Program-made: the position numbers and the translations under genes
The notes under the pieces: model-generated
The model's database searches: none
Told to the model about the DNA's origin: nothing
Seen by the model: the letters and a program-made list of their open reading frames with translations, nothing else
Source: Chrysomallon squamiferum
Lineage: Eukaryota; Animalia; Mollusca
Length of the DNA: 64,000 nucleotides
Direction: 5' to 3'
Assembly: GCA_012295275.1 (NCBI GenBank)
Contig: CM022671.1
Coordinates: 26,474,001 to 26,538,000 of the forward strand
In this document: one piece after another, positions 1-12,506 of the stretch
Numbering within the stretch: the stretch's first letter is position 1
Layout: the number at the start of each line of letters is the position of its first letter

Positions 1-921
1 CAGAAGGTGGTTTTCAGAAAGATCTAACTCTGAGACACAGATCATTTCTAAATACATCAGATTTTCTGGAAAAAGTTGTTGATCATATATCACTTTGGTA
101 AATTTAACTCCTTCCAACTTCATATTCCTGAAATTTAAAGTAGACATATTGAATCCTTGCAAGCCGTAAAGTGAAAAGAGTGCAGCATGCATACCGAGAT
201 TGTGGTTGCCTTCAAAATTAAGATTTTTTAGATGTTTTAAAGGGGCAAACGCATTTGCTTGTATTTCCGAAATATCACTACAAAATGACAAGTCTAAAAT
301 TGTTAAGTTTGTAGACGAAAACGTTGAGAACGACCCGTTAGACAGGACACTAATATTACAGTTAGCAGATTTACCCGATAAATTTAACAGTCTAAGCCGA
401 GCCAACGATTGGAATCCAGAAGGGAAAATCACGTTTGAGAAACTGTCTATCGTCAGTTCTTGTAGATTCTGTAAGGATTGGAATATCTCATCTGGGTACT
501 CACCAGTTTCGCCGTTAAAAGCTATGTTTAGGATTTGTAGGTTGATCAAAGGTCTGAATACAGATTTTGGGAAAGATTTGTAATCATAATCCAAACTGTT
601 AGCACTCAGATCAAGAATGGTGAGGTTTTGACAAGACACGAATAGATTCTTCGGTTGACGTTTTAATCCGTTTTGAGAAAGGTTCAGATACACAAGTGAT
701 GAGTAGATGAAATCTTCAGGGTTTAAGATTAATCTATTCCCACTGAGATCCAAGGCTACTATGTTCTTGTTCAGCCTGGGAACACGATGTAGATTTCTCC
801 CATGACAGTCAGCAAATAAACCTCTGTATCTTGTTGAGTTCCTAATGGAACAGTTGACTGTTGTATTCTCAGTTGTAGCAATTACTACAGAAATGAGAGA
901 TAATCCGAGGATTGTTAAAAC
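1..921 (-). CDS. TLR: Toll-like receptor, copy 1 (5' part of main exon: signal peptide, LRRNT, first LRRs; runs off the window edge)
   Basis: Colinear without indels to copy 2 (offset 6901). Splice acceptor ...tttttgcag|GTT at 922/921. Reads VLTILGLSLISVVIATTENTTVNCSIRNSTRYRGLFADCHGRNLHRVPRLNKNIVALDLSGN... and no stop was seen in the stretches read. Absent from the ORF track because it has no stop in the window. Confidence 0.9.
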
Positions 922-1055
922 CTGCAAAAATATATTTTAAAAAATTTTTATTAGAAAATTTCCTTCATGAAATAATTGTTTGAATGATCGAGAATGTTCC
1001 ATTTTTACTTTCTATTTGTACGTAATTATTTATGAAATATCATGTATGAATAACA

Positions 1056-1135
1056 AACAGTCAGCAAATACACCTCCGAATCTGGTTGATTACGTAATGG
1101 AACAGTTGGCTGTTGTATTTTCAATCATAGTTAAT
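1056..1135 (-). pseudogene. Degenerate fragment of a TLR LRRNT-coding segment
   Basis: Diverged copy of 805-885. Minus strand translates TMIENTTANCSIT*STRFGGVFADC, with an in-frame TAA, versus TTENTTVNCSIRNSTRYRGLFADC in intact copies. Confidence 0.75.
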
Positions 1136-1171
1136 GCTTGTGTGTATGTTGAACTATATTATGTATGTATG

Positions 1172-1209
<38 letters not shown>

Positions 1210-1313
1210 TGATAAAGGTTTTCACTGTCCACTGCTCCTAGTTGTTAAAATCGCAAGTACATTTTTCCTGCGTTGTCCTTTTTCTTATTCTTATTTATTG
1301 TTTCATTTATTTG

Positions 1314-1372
<59 letters not shown>

Positions 1373-1963
1373 TTATTTATTATTTATTTCTTTACTTATT
1401 TATTTATTTATTTTTGAGGGGTTTTAATTATATTGCAGTATTTGTATGCAGTTATACTTGATCATTTGTTCCAGTCACTGCGTTTAAAGAACAACCTTTA
1501 TGACAACAATATCTGACTTAGGAATTGGTTTAACTGATTAAATGTAACGTAAAGCTACATTCGGGTATTATCGGAAATCGATATTTTATTACTATTATTG
1601 CTGTTGTTATGTGTTTTTTCCTTGATTATTTCATTTCTTTAAGGGTTTTTTAAATATCGTTAAGGAAACTTTCATGATAACGATAGCTACTTTAGTGTCT
1701 CATCGATGTACTGTTATCGAGTCCATCAATCGCGATCCGTCGGTAAATCGTTCTGTTGTATCTCCTTGCTGTAAACGTGCACATCAATGTCATCTGATGT
1801 GACCTTCAGGTAAAGTATAGTAAAATGGAAATACGGAGATACAAATTCAAAGACAATTACTTTGATGTGTATTAATTAAAAATATCAAATTAACTCTCAT
1901 GTTGTTATGAACACTAACAAGTATACAAAAATAACAGGAACAAATATAAATAAATAAACTTAC

Positions 1964-1975
1964 CGAAAGAATCAT
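1964..1975 (-). CDS. Putative ATG leader exon (MILS) for TLR copy 1
   Basis: ATG ATT CTT TCG|GTAAGT. The phase-0 donor fits the phase-0 acceptor at 921 and completes a hydrophobic signal peptide. It is the only such exon found upstream of copy 1. Confidence 0.65.
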
Positions 1976-2832
1976 AATTGTTCGTTGAAGGTCGCAAACT
2001 TCATAAGTCACTTGTTGCTGAAATATCGTTACTACAGACTGATATCCTTTCAGTTTGTTTTCTATTTAAAACGAAAAGCAAACAAGTGAACAGTGATATC
2101 GGACGAAAAAACTCTTTTCTTAGATACCTTCGCACAAATGACCTGTTGGTGAAATATCGTTAACTCCGCACTGTTCGCCTTTCAGTTTAAAAGCAAACAG
2201 GTGAACTGTGATTCAGCTTTTCTTTTGTACCTTTGGACATCTTTTTATATGAATTTAGTTTGTGTAATAATAGTTAGCGATGATTAACCATATACGTCAA
2301 AGTAATGTGAGAAGAGCAACTTTAAAACCATATGGTGAAGCTTGGCTGTATAGTCATCTAAGATGCGTAACCACACAAAACGTTACTCAATACGTCTGTA
2401 TTGTATTACACAAACTGTTCGTTCTAGTCTAGTAATCATTTTTAAAATCGTGTCCGAACAACTCTTTAAACCTACGAAAAGTACATTTTCTCTGCGTTGT
2501 TCTTCTTTTTCTTATTCTTATTTATGTTTTTATTTAATTGTTATTTATTTATTTATTCATTTATTTATTTATTTACTTATTTATTTATTTGTTTATTTTT
2601 GAGGGTTTTTAATTATATTGCAGTATTTGTGTGCAGTTAAACTTGATCACTTGTTCCAGTCACTGCGTTTAAAGAACAACAGTTATGACAACAATATCTG
2701 ACTTAGGAATTGGTTTACTATGTCTTTGTATTCCTTTTCTTTCTTTCTTTCTTTTCGATTAGAATTTTACATGGGAACAGACTGCCATTTATTTGTTTGT
2801 AAAGTCACGTGATGCAGTTTCCAGAAAAATAA

Positions 2833-3006
2833 ACTTACCTACTAGTGCAAGAACCATCAGAGAAGAAAAATGAATTTGAAACAGCACGTGACCGTCACGG
2901 AAGACCAAGGACACACAAATCAAGTGGAAATTTCTGGTGATTAAATTTCACAAAGTCTTCACATTCATTGTGTTTTAACTTCATTTTCATAGCACTCGCA
3001 TCTCCG
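2833..3006 (-). promoter_or_regulatory. TLR promoter / non-coding first-exon cassette (instance 1 of 6)
   Basis: Minus-strand donor GTAAGT (2838-2833) and Inr-like TCATTT, plus CACGTG E-box, TGACG and kappaB-like GGAAATTTCT (2926-2935). The block recurs upstream of the leader exons. Confidence 0.5.
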
Positions 3007-4173
3007 TCTCTTGTGTCTTGCATAGCGGACACGCACAGAAGCCCCTCAGGACAGATGCCCTCCACAGTAGAAAAACAAATGATTAAATGAATAAATTAAT
3101 TAAAAAATGAAATAACCTTTCGTAAATGTAGTAATCTCTTCGCCTCTAAAATGCTTGCAATAAAACAGCTGTTGATAGACAAATGAATATGGCGCCTATG
3201 AACGATCACAACTAAAAATATTCGTTACTTGGAGAAAGTTAAAAAAAAGGCATAAACAAATAACGGCGCCCTTTTCTCCAAGATTCGTGTAGGCTGCATA
3301 AATTAGCGAAGTATTTCAGGTAATATGTATATTACCTGATTTTTTAACATACATACCAGCTGAAATTAAAAATCAATGTCGTTAATTATACTGACTACAG
3401 TATTCTGAATCATCACAAACTGAATAAGGCTATTTTAGACTTTCCATAAGAGCTTCTACAAATAATGTTAATAATAATAATAATAATCATAATCATAATA
3501 ATGATAATAAAACAAATAAATAAATAAATAAATAAAATTGACGTTTTGGTAATTGATATCGAAACACATACACAGATGATCATCACTATGGAAACTCTAG
3601 TGTCAGGTTAGGCATGGAGAGCCTGTAGTGATAGTGGTATTTGTTAAAATTACAATTAAAATGTTTACTTTTTATTTTTCTTATTGTTGCCAGGATTTTT
3701 AGCTATCGGTGTGTTCTCAACACTAAGACAGAGAATTCTTGTCCTCAAAAACCTTAATTTCAGAAAGAGGTTCTTTACAACAAGGATGGTTTCATTCAAT
3801 TTCTATTTAGGTAAATACATACATTATTATAGTTCACAGAGGACAATTTTAGTTTACTACAGATCAACTCAATACATTAATCTCGTACTGGTGTAAAATA
3901 AACTCGAAAGATTTAATTTATGAAATAATTAACTTTGATCTTCGGTTTAAAGTTTCAGTTTGTTTTCATTTCTTATTTCATAAATAGAAACAGTCTTTGT
4001 CTGACACCAGAAAGATGGTAAGGAAATATTTTCAGAGTAAATTTTAATTTGTGGTCAGGCAAATTACTTTTTTTTTTTTTTCTACTAGTATGCAGGTTTC
4101 ATTTCTTACTCATTTATAATTAATAGCTTAAAATGTATGTATGAATATATTTATGAATGCACATGTTTCTATG

Positions 4174-4207
<34 letters not shown>

Positions 4208-5022
4208 TGTATGTATTTGTGTGTGTGTGTGTGTGTGTGTCTGTATATGTATATATAAAGGTTTATGATAATAAATCTAAAAAATGTGCAGTAATCAAAT
4301 GTTGAAAAATCTCTATGAAATCACTGTTGTACGCTTAGTTTAGTAATTTAGAGTCTAGTTTCGTTCTTACTTGGTTTTAGACATGCTGTAAAATTCACGG
4401 TATACATACTGAACTCACACATAATTTAATTTACTTACTATAAAATTTAAATTATTTCATTTATTTATTATGGTATTAAACTATTTCACTTAAATATTGT
4501 GATATGACATTATTTCAGTCTTGCATCTTTTATTTACCGTGATCCATTAATAAATAAATAAATTTCATTCACTGTGGCTTTAAAAATGTAGTTATTCTTA
4601 CAGAGGAGAATGAACATAGTAACGTTTAACATCTACGAAATATTCTTCACTTTATGTACCACTAATATTTACAAAATTCAGATTTAAGATGTAATAAAGT
4701 AGAGAAAAGTAAGTAGAGTTTGACACTTTATTTACTAGCATGTGTTATTGAAAAAGTTTTACTGAAAAATAAAACAAACACATAAAAGATAAGTAAGAAA
4801 TCATGGTAATGGTTCAAATCATATTTAAAAAGAAAAACTGCAAAAGAAAAATACAGTAAACAAATCAAAGCAGAAGTTATTTTACATGAATTGATTATTA
4901 TATTATTTTTACAAACTGATTATTAATATTAACTATTGCAATTTCTTAAGGTCAAATGTCATATTAAATACAAAGTATAAATACTAAAACTATTACTACT
5001 ACTACTACTACTAAAATAAATG

Positions 5023-5028
5023 TTTATT
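5023..5028 (-). promoter_or_regulatory. Candidate polyadenylation signal of TLR copy 2
   Basis: AATAAA on the minus strand ~290 nt after the stop. Conserved at the same offset in copy 3 (18571-18576) and in the more diverged copy 4 (27366-27371). Confidence 0.4.
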
Positions 5029-5119
5029 CGTTCGTTTCACGACTTTTATATCTCCGAATTGTGAATGTTCATTGAACTAATCCTTGTTCTTCCCGAGAAG
5101 CTGTTCTGGGATGATCAAG

Positions 5120-5161
<42 letters not shown>

Positions 5162-5320
5162 ACTTCTGTAATATTCTCACAGTTTCCTTCCGTTATGTAC
5201 AAGCAGCTGGAGAATCCTCTGGCGCAGAAAGGTTGACACGGATATTTGGATGGATATCACTGGTTGTCTCAGCTCTTCTCCGCCACAACACACTCGAATT
5301 CATAAACAAATAACTAATTC

Positions 5321-7822
5321 TCAACATATAAGACGAACGAAAGATTCCCATGATTCCTCATTATCTTGATCCGGAATTGGAATAATTCTGTCTTCGTCCA
5401 CAGCACTCAGAATACAGTTTGGAATCTCACAAACTCGTCCGGCCTCTCTTAGAATGATGAGTCGGGAAGGAGTTTGCCATGTCACCACGCCGATTCCAAC
5501 TTGAATTTGATACCACGACCAGATATCGTCCAAGTAATCTTGTGTAAATAGAAAAACAATTTTCCAGCTGTTGTTTATTCCAAACATTATACCTTCAGCG
5601 ATACTTTCTCCTGGTACAGCGTCTTTTTCGTGTAAGTACACAGAGTAGCCGTAGTCTTTCTCTAACTTTGCTCCTAAATCGAGACAAGCTTGTCGCCAGT
5701 CGTGTTCAGCGTAGCAGAGACATACATCAAACATGAAATCTTTTCTCGTCGGACACATTCCACATTTTCGATAAAGATTTTTAAAGAAATATATTATTTG
5801 TGTTTTATGTTTAATCGCGAGGAAGAACAATACGGAACCCAATACCGTAAATACAAACAATGGAAGAGCAACCATAAACCAAATCTGCCCAATACAACTT
5901 TGCCATAAATGTTCTGCGTTGTAGTCCATCACAGAAACAAGCGATCCGTTTTCAGTGGTGCACGAATATGATTTTCTGTTAACTGTATAATTATTATCTT
6001 GTAACCAAGAAAGGAACAACACACTTTCCCCACAAATGCAGATAAATCTGTTTTCTGACAAATCGAATTTAAACGTTTTCTTTACGTTAAGATAATGTTT
6101 GTCCAGTGAACTGGTCGTCGATTCTTCGATATAACTGACTTTGTTGCGATTCATTTTTAAAGAGAGCAAATTTGGACAATTGTTAATGTCGAAAGGAATA
6201 GTAATGAAATTGTTGTTTGATAAAATCAGAAACTGAAGATTACGATTGTCTTTAAATATATCTGGCGGAAGACGGCTTATTTTGTTACCAGAAATGTCTA
6301 GAAAAATTAGATTTCTAAGATTTTGAAACAGTCGTCTGCCATAAGTATAGAAATAATCATCAGGAAGCGATACGTCATTTAAGTACAGGTTTTCCAAACT
6401 TGGAAATGTGTCTAAAAATGAAGTTTTAAGTGTCATGTGATTATTGTATCCCAGTTTTAAGGTTGTTAAGTTGTTTAGACCTGTCATACTGCCTTCTAAT
6501 GTCACGTATTCAAACTGTTGCACTGACAGTGTCTTTAGAACATTGTCATCTGAAATGCTCAGTGTTGCGCCAAGACTAAGTTCTACTTCTAATGAATAGG
6601 CATCAGCAATTATAGTACGTAATCTTTTCGGGAGAAAATAAACTATACTATCTTGAAACATCAGGGTATTTGTAAAGAAAGATACATTTCTTTGAAACAA
6701 CATATTTTTATTTTTATTTGGATGAAAGCAGGTAAACCCAGATAAATCAACATATTCTATGTTTTCAAGATTCATTATCATGGACAATAATTTATAGATG
6801 CTGTACTTATAATAGCCAAAAAACGCGTTTTCGTGTAAATTAAATCTCTTAATACATTTACTGAAGTTATTTTTTAGAAATAATCTTGTTGCATCAACAT
6901 ACAGAAGGTGGTTTTCAGAAAGATCTAACTCTGAGACACAGATGTTTTCTAAATACATCAGATTTTCTGGAACAAGTTGTTGATCATATATCACTTCGGT
7001 AACTTTAACTCCTTCCAACTTCATATTCCTGAAATTTAAAGTAGACATATTGAATCCTTGCAAGCCGTAAAGAGAAAAGAGTGCAGCGTGCATACCGAGA
7101 TTCTGGTTGCCTTCAAAATTAAGATTTTTTAGATGTTTTAAAGGGGCAAACGCATTTGCTTGTATTTCCGAAATATCACTACAAAATGACAAGTCTAAAA
7201 CTGTTAAGTTTGTAGATGTAAACGCTGAGAACGACTCATTAGACAGGATCCTAATGTTACAGTTAGCAGATTTACCCGATAAATTTAACAGTCTAAGCCG
7301 AACCAACGATTGGAATCCAGAAGGGAAAATCACGTTTGAAAAACTGTCTATCGTCAGTTCTTGTAGATTCTGTAAGGATTGGAATATCTCATCCGGGTAC
7401 TGACCAGTTTCGCTGTTGAAAGCTATGTTTAGGATTTGTAGGTTGATTAAAGGTCTGAATACAGATTTTGGGAAAGATTTGTAATCATATTTCAAACTGT
7501 TAACACTCAGATCAAGAATGGTGAGGTTTTCACAAGACACGAATAGATTCTTCGGTAGACGTTTTAATCCATTTCGAGAAAGGTTCAGATAAACAAGTGA
7601 TGAGTAGTTCAAATCTTCAGGGTTTAAGATTAATGTATTACCACTGAGATCCAAGGCTACTATGTTCTTGTTCAGCCTGGGAACACGTTGTAGATTTCTC
7701 CCATGACAGTCAGCAAATAAACCTCTGTATCTTGTTGAGTTCCTAATGGAACAATTGACTGTTGCATTCTCAGTTGTAGCAAATGCGACAGAAATGAGAG
7801 ATAATCCGAGGATTGTTAAAAC
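5321..7822 (-). CDS. TLR: Toll-like receptor, copy 2 (main exon; ~837 aa with leader exon)
   Basis: LxxLxLSxN LRRs, LRRCT (NRFICICG...C), TM helix (IWFMVALPLFVFTVLGSVLFFLAI) and TIR domain (FDVCLCY, HEKDAVPG BB loop, SWKIVFLFTQDYL). The ORF extends in frame upstream of 7654 to the acceptor ttattcag|GTT at 7822 (2502 nt, 834 codons including stop), adding signal peptide and LRRNT. Confidence 0.95.
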   Translation of the reverse strand, partial: VLTILGLSLISVAFATTENATVNCSIRNSTRYRGLFADCHGRNLQRVPRLNKNIVALDLSGNTLILNPEDLNYSSLVYLNLSRNGLKRLPKNLFVSCENLTILDLSVNSLKYDYKSFPKSVFRPLINLQILNIAFNSETGQYPDEIFQSLQNLQELTIDSFSNVIFPSGFQSLVRLRLLNLSGKSANCNIRILSNESFSAFTSTNLTVLDLSFCSDISEIQANAFAPLKHLKNLNFEGNQNLGMHAALFSLYGLQGFNMSTLNFRNMKLEGVKVTEVIYDQQLVPENLMYLENICVSELDLSENHLLYVDATRLFLKNNFSKCIKRFNLHENAFFGYYKYSIYKLLSMIMNLENIEYVDLSGFTCFHPNKNKNMLFQRNVSFFTNTLMFQDSIVYFLPKRLRTIIADAYSLEVELSLGATLSISDDNVLKTLSVQQFEYVTLEGSMTGLNNLTTLKLGYNNHMTLKTSFLDTFPSLENLYLNDVSLPDDYFYTYGRRLFQNLRNLIFLDISGNKISRLPPDIFKDNRNLQFLILSNNNFITIPFDINNCPNLLSLKMNRNKVSYIEESTTSSLDKHYLNVKKTFKFDLSENRFICICGESVLFLSWLQDNNYTVNRKSYSCTTENGSLVSVMDYNAEHLWQSCIGQIWFMVALPLFVFTVLGSVLFFLAIKHKTQIIYFFKNLYRKCGMCPTRKDFMFDVCLCYAEHDWRQACLDLGAKLEKDYGYSVYLHEKDAVPGESIAEGIMFGINNSWKIVFLFTQDYLDDIWSWYQIQVGIGVVTWQTPSRLIILREAGRVCEIPNCILSAVDEDRIIPIPDQDNEESWESFVRLIC

Positions 7823-7979
7823 CTGAATAAATATATATATAAAAAAAAATTATTATTAGAAAATGTTCTTCATAAAATAATTATTTGAATGATCGAGAAT
7901 GATCCATTTTTACTTTGCATTTATACGTAATTATTTATGAAATATCATGTATCAATAACAAACAGAAATAAAGACTTAC

Positions 7980-7991
7980 ACAGATAGTCAT
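7980..7991 (-). CDS. Proximal ATG leader exon (MTIC) of TLR copy 2
   Basis: ATG ACT ATC TGT|GTAAGT with a 157-nt intron to 7822. Gives signal peptide MTICVLTILGLSLISVAFA. Confidence 0.65.
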
Positions 7992-9466
7992 CGTAACTTC
8001 GTGAAAACTGCCATATACGTTTTCAGTCATTTACAGCGTTCTAGTTTTCAGTACGTTTAAATTTGCTTAGTGAGAACAGGGTACAGTGAGCTGCATATAA
8101 CCATTCAAGCCCGAACTCCTTTATAAATGATAATTATATCACAACAAAACATGCAAGTTTGTACAGTTTGAGTTCTATCGCGTAGTCCTGCGGTTCTGTT
8201 CAACAAGTAGATACTTATGATCAATGCATTTAAAACAGAAAACAGTATACAACACATAAGAAGCGTAGGTGACATTTTAAGGAAAATATATTCATTATGT
8301 AATATTTTGATGTATTTATTGAAATATTAACACATATTCACAATAAAGATTGATACTGTCCGTTTCTGTCAGTTCTTGTGTGTTCGAAATAATGAAAGAG
8401 TTGTTAAAACGACAATAAATATTTAACAGTGGCATGTTAGTTTGTACTCATTTAGATATATTGTTTAAATGTCAGCGATAAGCAATGAATATTTTTTTTT
8501 TCTTTCTTTCTTTGTTTCCCCCAGTGTGTTCGCCTTAGATGATAAAGTAATGCCAGTAAAAACGGCTCATTTGTTTATGGTAACAAACTACTGCTGCTAT
8601 AGTAGTCTGAATGAATATTTAGCTGCCTAAAAATCCCTAATTTATTCTCCTAATTCGTTTCATTTGGAATACCTCCATCCGAAAGCTGTAATTAAATCGT
8701 GCTTGTTCTCAATTTGTGTAACACTTTTAATTTTAGGAGCAAACGAAACCTTTGTTTTTGTTGTTTTTTGTTGTTTTCATGTGGTACTGAAGGATGATAA
8801 ATAAATCTCTTGTCAACAACAACAACGACAAATTAGAAAAAAAGCTTAAATAAATAATCAAGCTATTTGTTTTGTCTGTTTAAGAACAAAACAGTCATTT
8901 TGTTCAGACCACCTCAATTGTAAACAAAAATCCATCGCGCTTAATTAAATTTTTTCACACACTTTCAACATTATTAATGAAGGCTGTGTCTTCAACACCA
9001 AAGTTCTGCAATTGGACCTGAAGTGACATCAACAGATTAAAAGTGACGTAAAGCTTCATCCGCACTATCGGAAATCGATATTTTAATGCGATTAGAGTTG
9101 TTGTTATACATTTTTATCAATTTTGTTCTTTGTTATTTCGCTGCTTTAAGTTTTGAAATATCGTGAAGGTAACTATCACGACAACTACAGCTATTTTAAT
9201 TTCTCGTCGATGTTTTGTTATCGAGTCCATCAATCGCGATCCATCGGTAAATCGTTCTGTTGTATCTCCTTGCTGTAAACGTGGACACCAATGTCATCTG
9301 ACGTGACTTTCAGTTAAAGTATAGAAAAATGGGAATACGGAGATAAAATTCAAATAAAATTATTTTGAAGTGAATTGATTCAAAATATCAAGTTAACTTT
9401 GATGTTGTTATATCCAGTAGTAAGTGTTTTAAAAGAGCAGCAACAAATATAAATAAATGAACTTAC

Positions 9467-9481
9467 CGAAAGAATCAACAT
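9467..9481 (-). CDS. Alternative ATG leader exon (MLILS) for TLR copy 2
   Basis: ATG TTG ATT CTT TCG|GTAAGT, phase 0. Confidence 0.5.
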
Positions 9482-9804
9482 TGTCCGTTAGAGGTCGTAC
9501 AGTTCATCAGTGATTTGTTGGGAAAATATCGTTAAGTTCGGACTGGTGTAATTTCAGTTTAAAAGCAAACAGGTGATTTGTTATTTCGCAAAAAATCTCT
9601 TTCCTTGTTACCTTCTGCTTTTCTTGTGCACCTTTACACGACTTTGTGTATGGATTTAGTTTGTGTAGTAATAACACACAAACCCGAATGTAATGTGAGA
9701 AGAGCAAATCTGAAAATCTATTATCAGATGTGGCTGTACATTCAACTGAGATGGCATGTCTACACAAGACGTGCTGTACTACACAGACTATTTGATATAC
9801 TCTA

Positions 9805-10666
9805 GTAATCCACATAATTGTACCTTAGAAAATATGAAATGATTTCGTCATGAAGTCATAATATACAATGATGTATGGAGTTTTCGTCACCTTTTGATAC
9901 TATTTTCGAAAATGATATTCAATTTTCAAAAACTTGAATTGTGATTATTATCACAGTAATTTCGTAGTAATTAATTGTGTTGATCGAACAAACACATTAC
10001 ACTGATAATCATTATTAATGCAGTTGAGATAAAGATATGTAGTATGTAGGCTTAAAGTGGTTGTTTGGAAAGTTGCTTTTTGACAGAACAAGGTAATTTT
10101 GTAAACAACAGTTAATAAATGAAATCTAAATTCAGCGTTTCTTAAATAAATAAATAAATAAATAAATTAAACGACCTTTCGTAATTCTAATAATCTCTTC
10201 GCCTCTAACCGTCTTGCAATAAACCAGTTGTCGACAGACAAATGAATATGACACCTGAGTATGAACGATCACAGATAAAACCTTTGGCGAGAGTCCAAAA
10301 ATGGCACAAATAAATAAGGAGCGTCCTTTTCAACTCATATTAGCAGTTTTAATGAAACTTAATTTAATAAATATCTGCTTATCACAAAACGTAATTAATA
10401 TCTATATATAATGAAATTTAACCGAAATAAGATCTACATGCAGTTCATTAAAGCAGAACAAATCGAAGCAACAGGCCAATCGAATAAACGTTATTTTATA
10501 AACAGTACATTGTATTCCTTCACAAGTTAAGCGCCCTTATCAAATAACAGTCATAAATGAAAATTAGAGGTGATTCTTCCTATCCCTTCAATATACTGTC
10601 AAGCCAATCAGAATCAAGTACTGACCAAGTCAGTGGTGAACCATTTAGTATCGGTATTGTTTATAA
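9805..10666. repeat. ~0.85 kb non-coding block duplicated at 13421-14240
   Basis: Both begin gtaatccacataa...ccttagaaaatatgaaatgatttcgtcatgaag and end ...gtggtgaaccatttagta...ttattgtttataaac. Confidence 0.85.
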
Positions 10667-10920
10667 ACAAAGTTTTCGGTATACAACACATAAGAAGCGT
10701 CAGTGACATTTTATAGAAAATATTTTCTTTATGTAATATTTTGATGTGTTTGTTGAAATATTAACAGACATTCAAAATAAAGACTTTTACTGCCCGTTTC
10801 TGTCAGTTCCTGTGTGTCCGACATAAAGAAAGAGTTGTTAAAAAGAGAATAAATATTTAACAGTGTCTTGTTAGTTTGTACTCTTTTAGATTTGTTTAAA
10901 TTTCAGTGGTAAGCCATGAA

Positions 10921-10954
<34 letters not shown>

Positions 10955-11873
10955 CTCCAGTCTGTTCGCGTTACATGATAAAGTAATGCCAGCAAAAAAG
11001 TGTTCTTTTGCTGCTACTGCTCCTATAGTAGCCTGAATGAGTATTTAGCTGCGTAAAAATTCGTAATTTATTCTCCTAATTCGATTCATTTGGAATACCT
11101 CCATCCGAAAGCTGTAATTAAATCGTGCTTGTTCTCAATTTGTGTATCACTTTTAATTTTAGGAGCAAACGAAACTTTTTTTTTTGTTGTTTTTTGTTGT
11201 TTTCATGTGGTACTGTAGGATGTTAAACAAATCTCTTGTCAACAACAACAACAACAAATTAGAAAAGAGGCTTAAAAAAATAATCAAGCTACATATTTTG
11301 TCTGTTTGATTTAGAAGAAAACAGTCATTTTGTTCAGACCACCTCAATTGTAAACAAAAAACACATCGCGCTTATGTACATTTTTCACACTTTTTCATCA
11401 ACACCACAGTTCTGCAATTGGTACTGAAGTGACAACAACAGATTAAAAGTGACGTAAAGATTCATCCGTACTATCGGAAATCTATATTTTAAAACTATTA
11501 CTGTTGTTGTTATCTATTTCTATCAGTTTTGTTCTTGGTTATTTCGCTGCTTTAAGTTTAGAAATATCGTGAAGGAAACTATCATGATATCTACAGGTAT
11601 TTTAATTTCTCATCGATGTTTTTTTTATCGAGTCCATCGATCGCGATCAATCGGTAAATCGTTCTGTTGTATCTCCTTGCTGTAAACGTGCACACCAATG
11701 TCATCTGACGTGACTTTCAGTTAAAGTATAGAAAAATGGAAATACGGAGATAAAATTCAAATAAAATGACTTTGAAGTGTGTTGATTAAAAATGTCAAGT
11801 TATCTTTGATGTTATTATAACCAATAGTAAGTATTTTAAAGGAACAGCAACAAATATAAATAAATGAACTTAC

Positions 11874-11888
11874 CGAAAGAATCAACAT
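11874..11888 (-). CDS. Alternative ATG leader exon (MLILS) for TLR copy 2
   Basis: ATG TTG ATT CTT TCG|GTAAGT, phase 0. Paired with the promoter cassette at 12507-12682. Confidence 0.5.
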
Positions 11889-12348
11889 TGTCCGTTAGAG
11901 GTCGTACAGTTCATCAGTGATTTGTTGGGAAAATATCGTTAAGTTCGGACTGGTGTAATTTCAGTTTAAAAGCAAACAGGTGATTTGTGATTTCGCAAAA
12001 AATCTCTTTCCTTGTTGCCTTCTGCTTTTCTTGTGGACCTTTACACGACTTTGTGTATGGATTTAGTTTGTGTAGTAATAACACACAAACCCGAATGTAA
12101 TGTGAGAAGAGCAAATCTGAAAACCTATTATCAAATTTGACTGTGATTTCAACTCAGGTGACATGTCTACACAAGTCGTGTTGTATATCGCAGATTATTT
12201 GATATAATCTAGTAATTACATTTAAAATTGTGTCGGAGGTCTGAACAATTCAACAGTTAGAATTTATGACGTATTCAAGTTCATTGCGTTTAATGAATAA
12301 CAATTATGGCAACATAATCTGACTTAGGATTTGGTTTAAGATATCTTG

Positions 12349-12386
<38 letters not shown>

Positions 12387-12506
12387 TGGGTTTTATTACT
12401 CTATTATTTTTTTTTCTATGTAATTTTTCTTTGTTTTCGCCTTTGTTGGAGACAATCTGTCATTTAGCTGTTCGGAGAGTTTCATGATATAGTTTGCTAT
12501 AAATAA

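Larger units (their letters stand above)
3576..9808. repeat. Tandem segmental duplication unit containing TLR copy 2
   Basis: Nearly identical to 17126-23350 and similar to ~25950-31840. All begin with atgatcatcactatggaaactctagtgtcagg. Confidence 0.9.

Noticed and set aside
200-583. Plus-strand ORFs inside the TLR genes (also 5690-5908, 7107-7403, 19282-19473, 20674-20952, 29433-29735)
   Set aside because: Antisense shadows of the TLR CDS. They recur only because the gene is duplicated, and their lengths and starts vary.
3684-3896. Repeated 70-aa ORF MLPGFLAIGV... (also 26061-26273)
   Set aside because: TTG start with no domain, and the third copy (~17234) has an early TAG. It is duplicated flank DNA.
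5321-7654. ORF-track start MDLSGN for the TLRs
   Set aside because: This is a TTG (Leu) codon within the first LRR. The frame stays open upstream through the LRRNT and signal peptide to a splice acceptor.
9507-9815. Repeated short ORFs in leader blocks (9507-9815, 11914-12114, 1978-2163, 32933-33154, 11159-11347, 30631-30957)
   Set aside because: Inconsistent starts and frames between duplicates and no recognisable domain. They are probable UTR or intron sequence.
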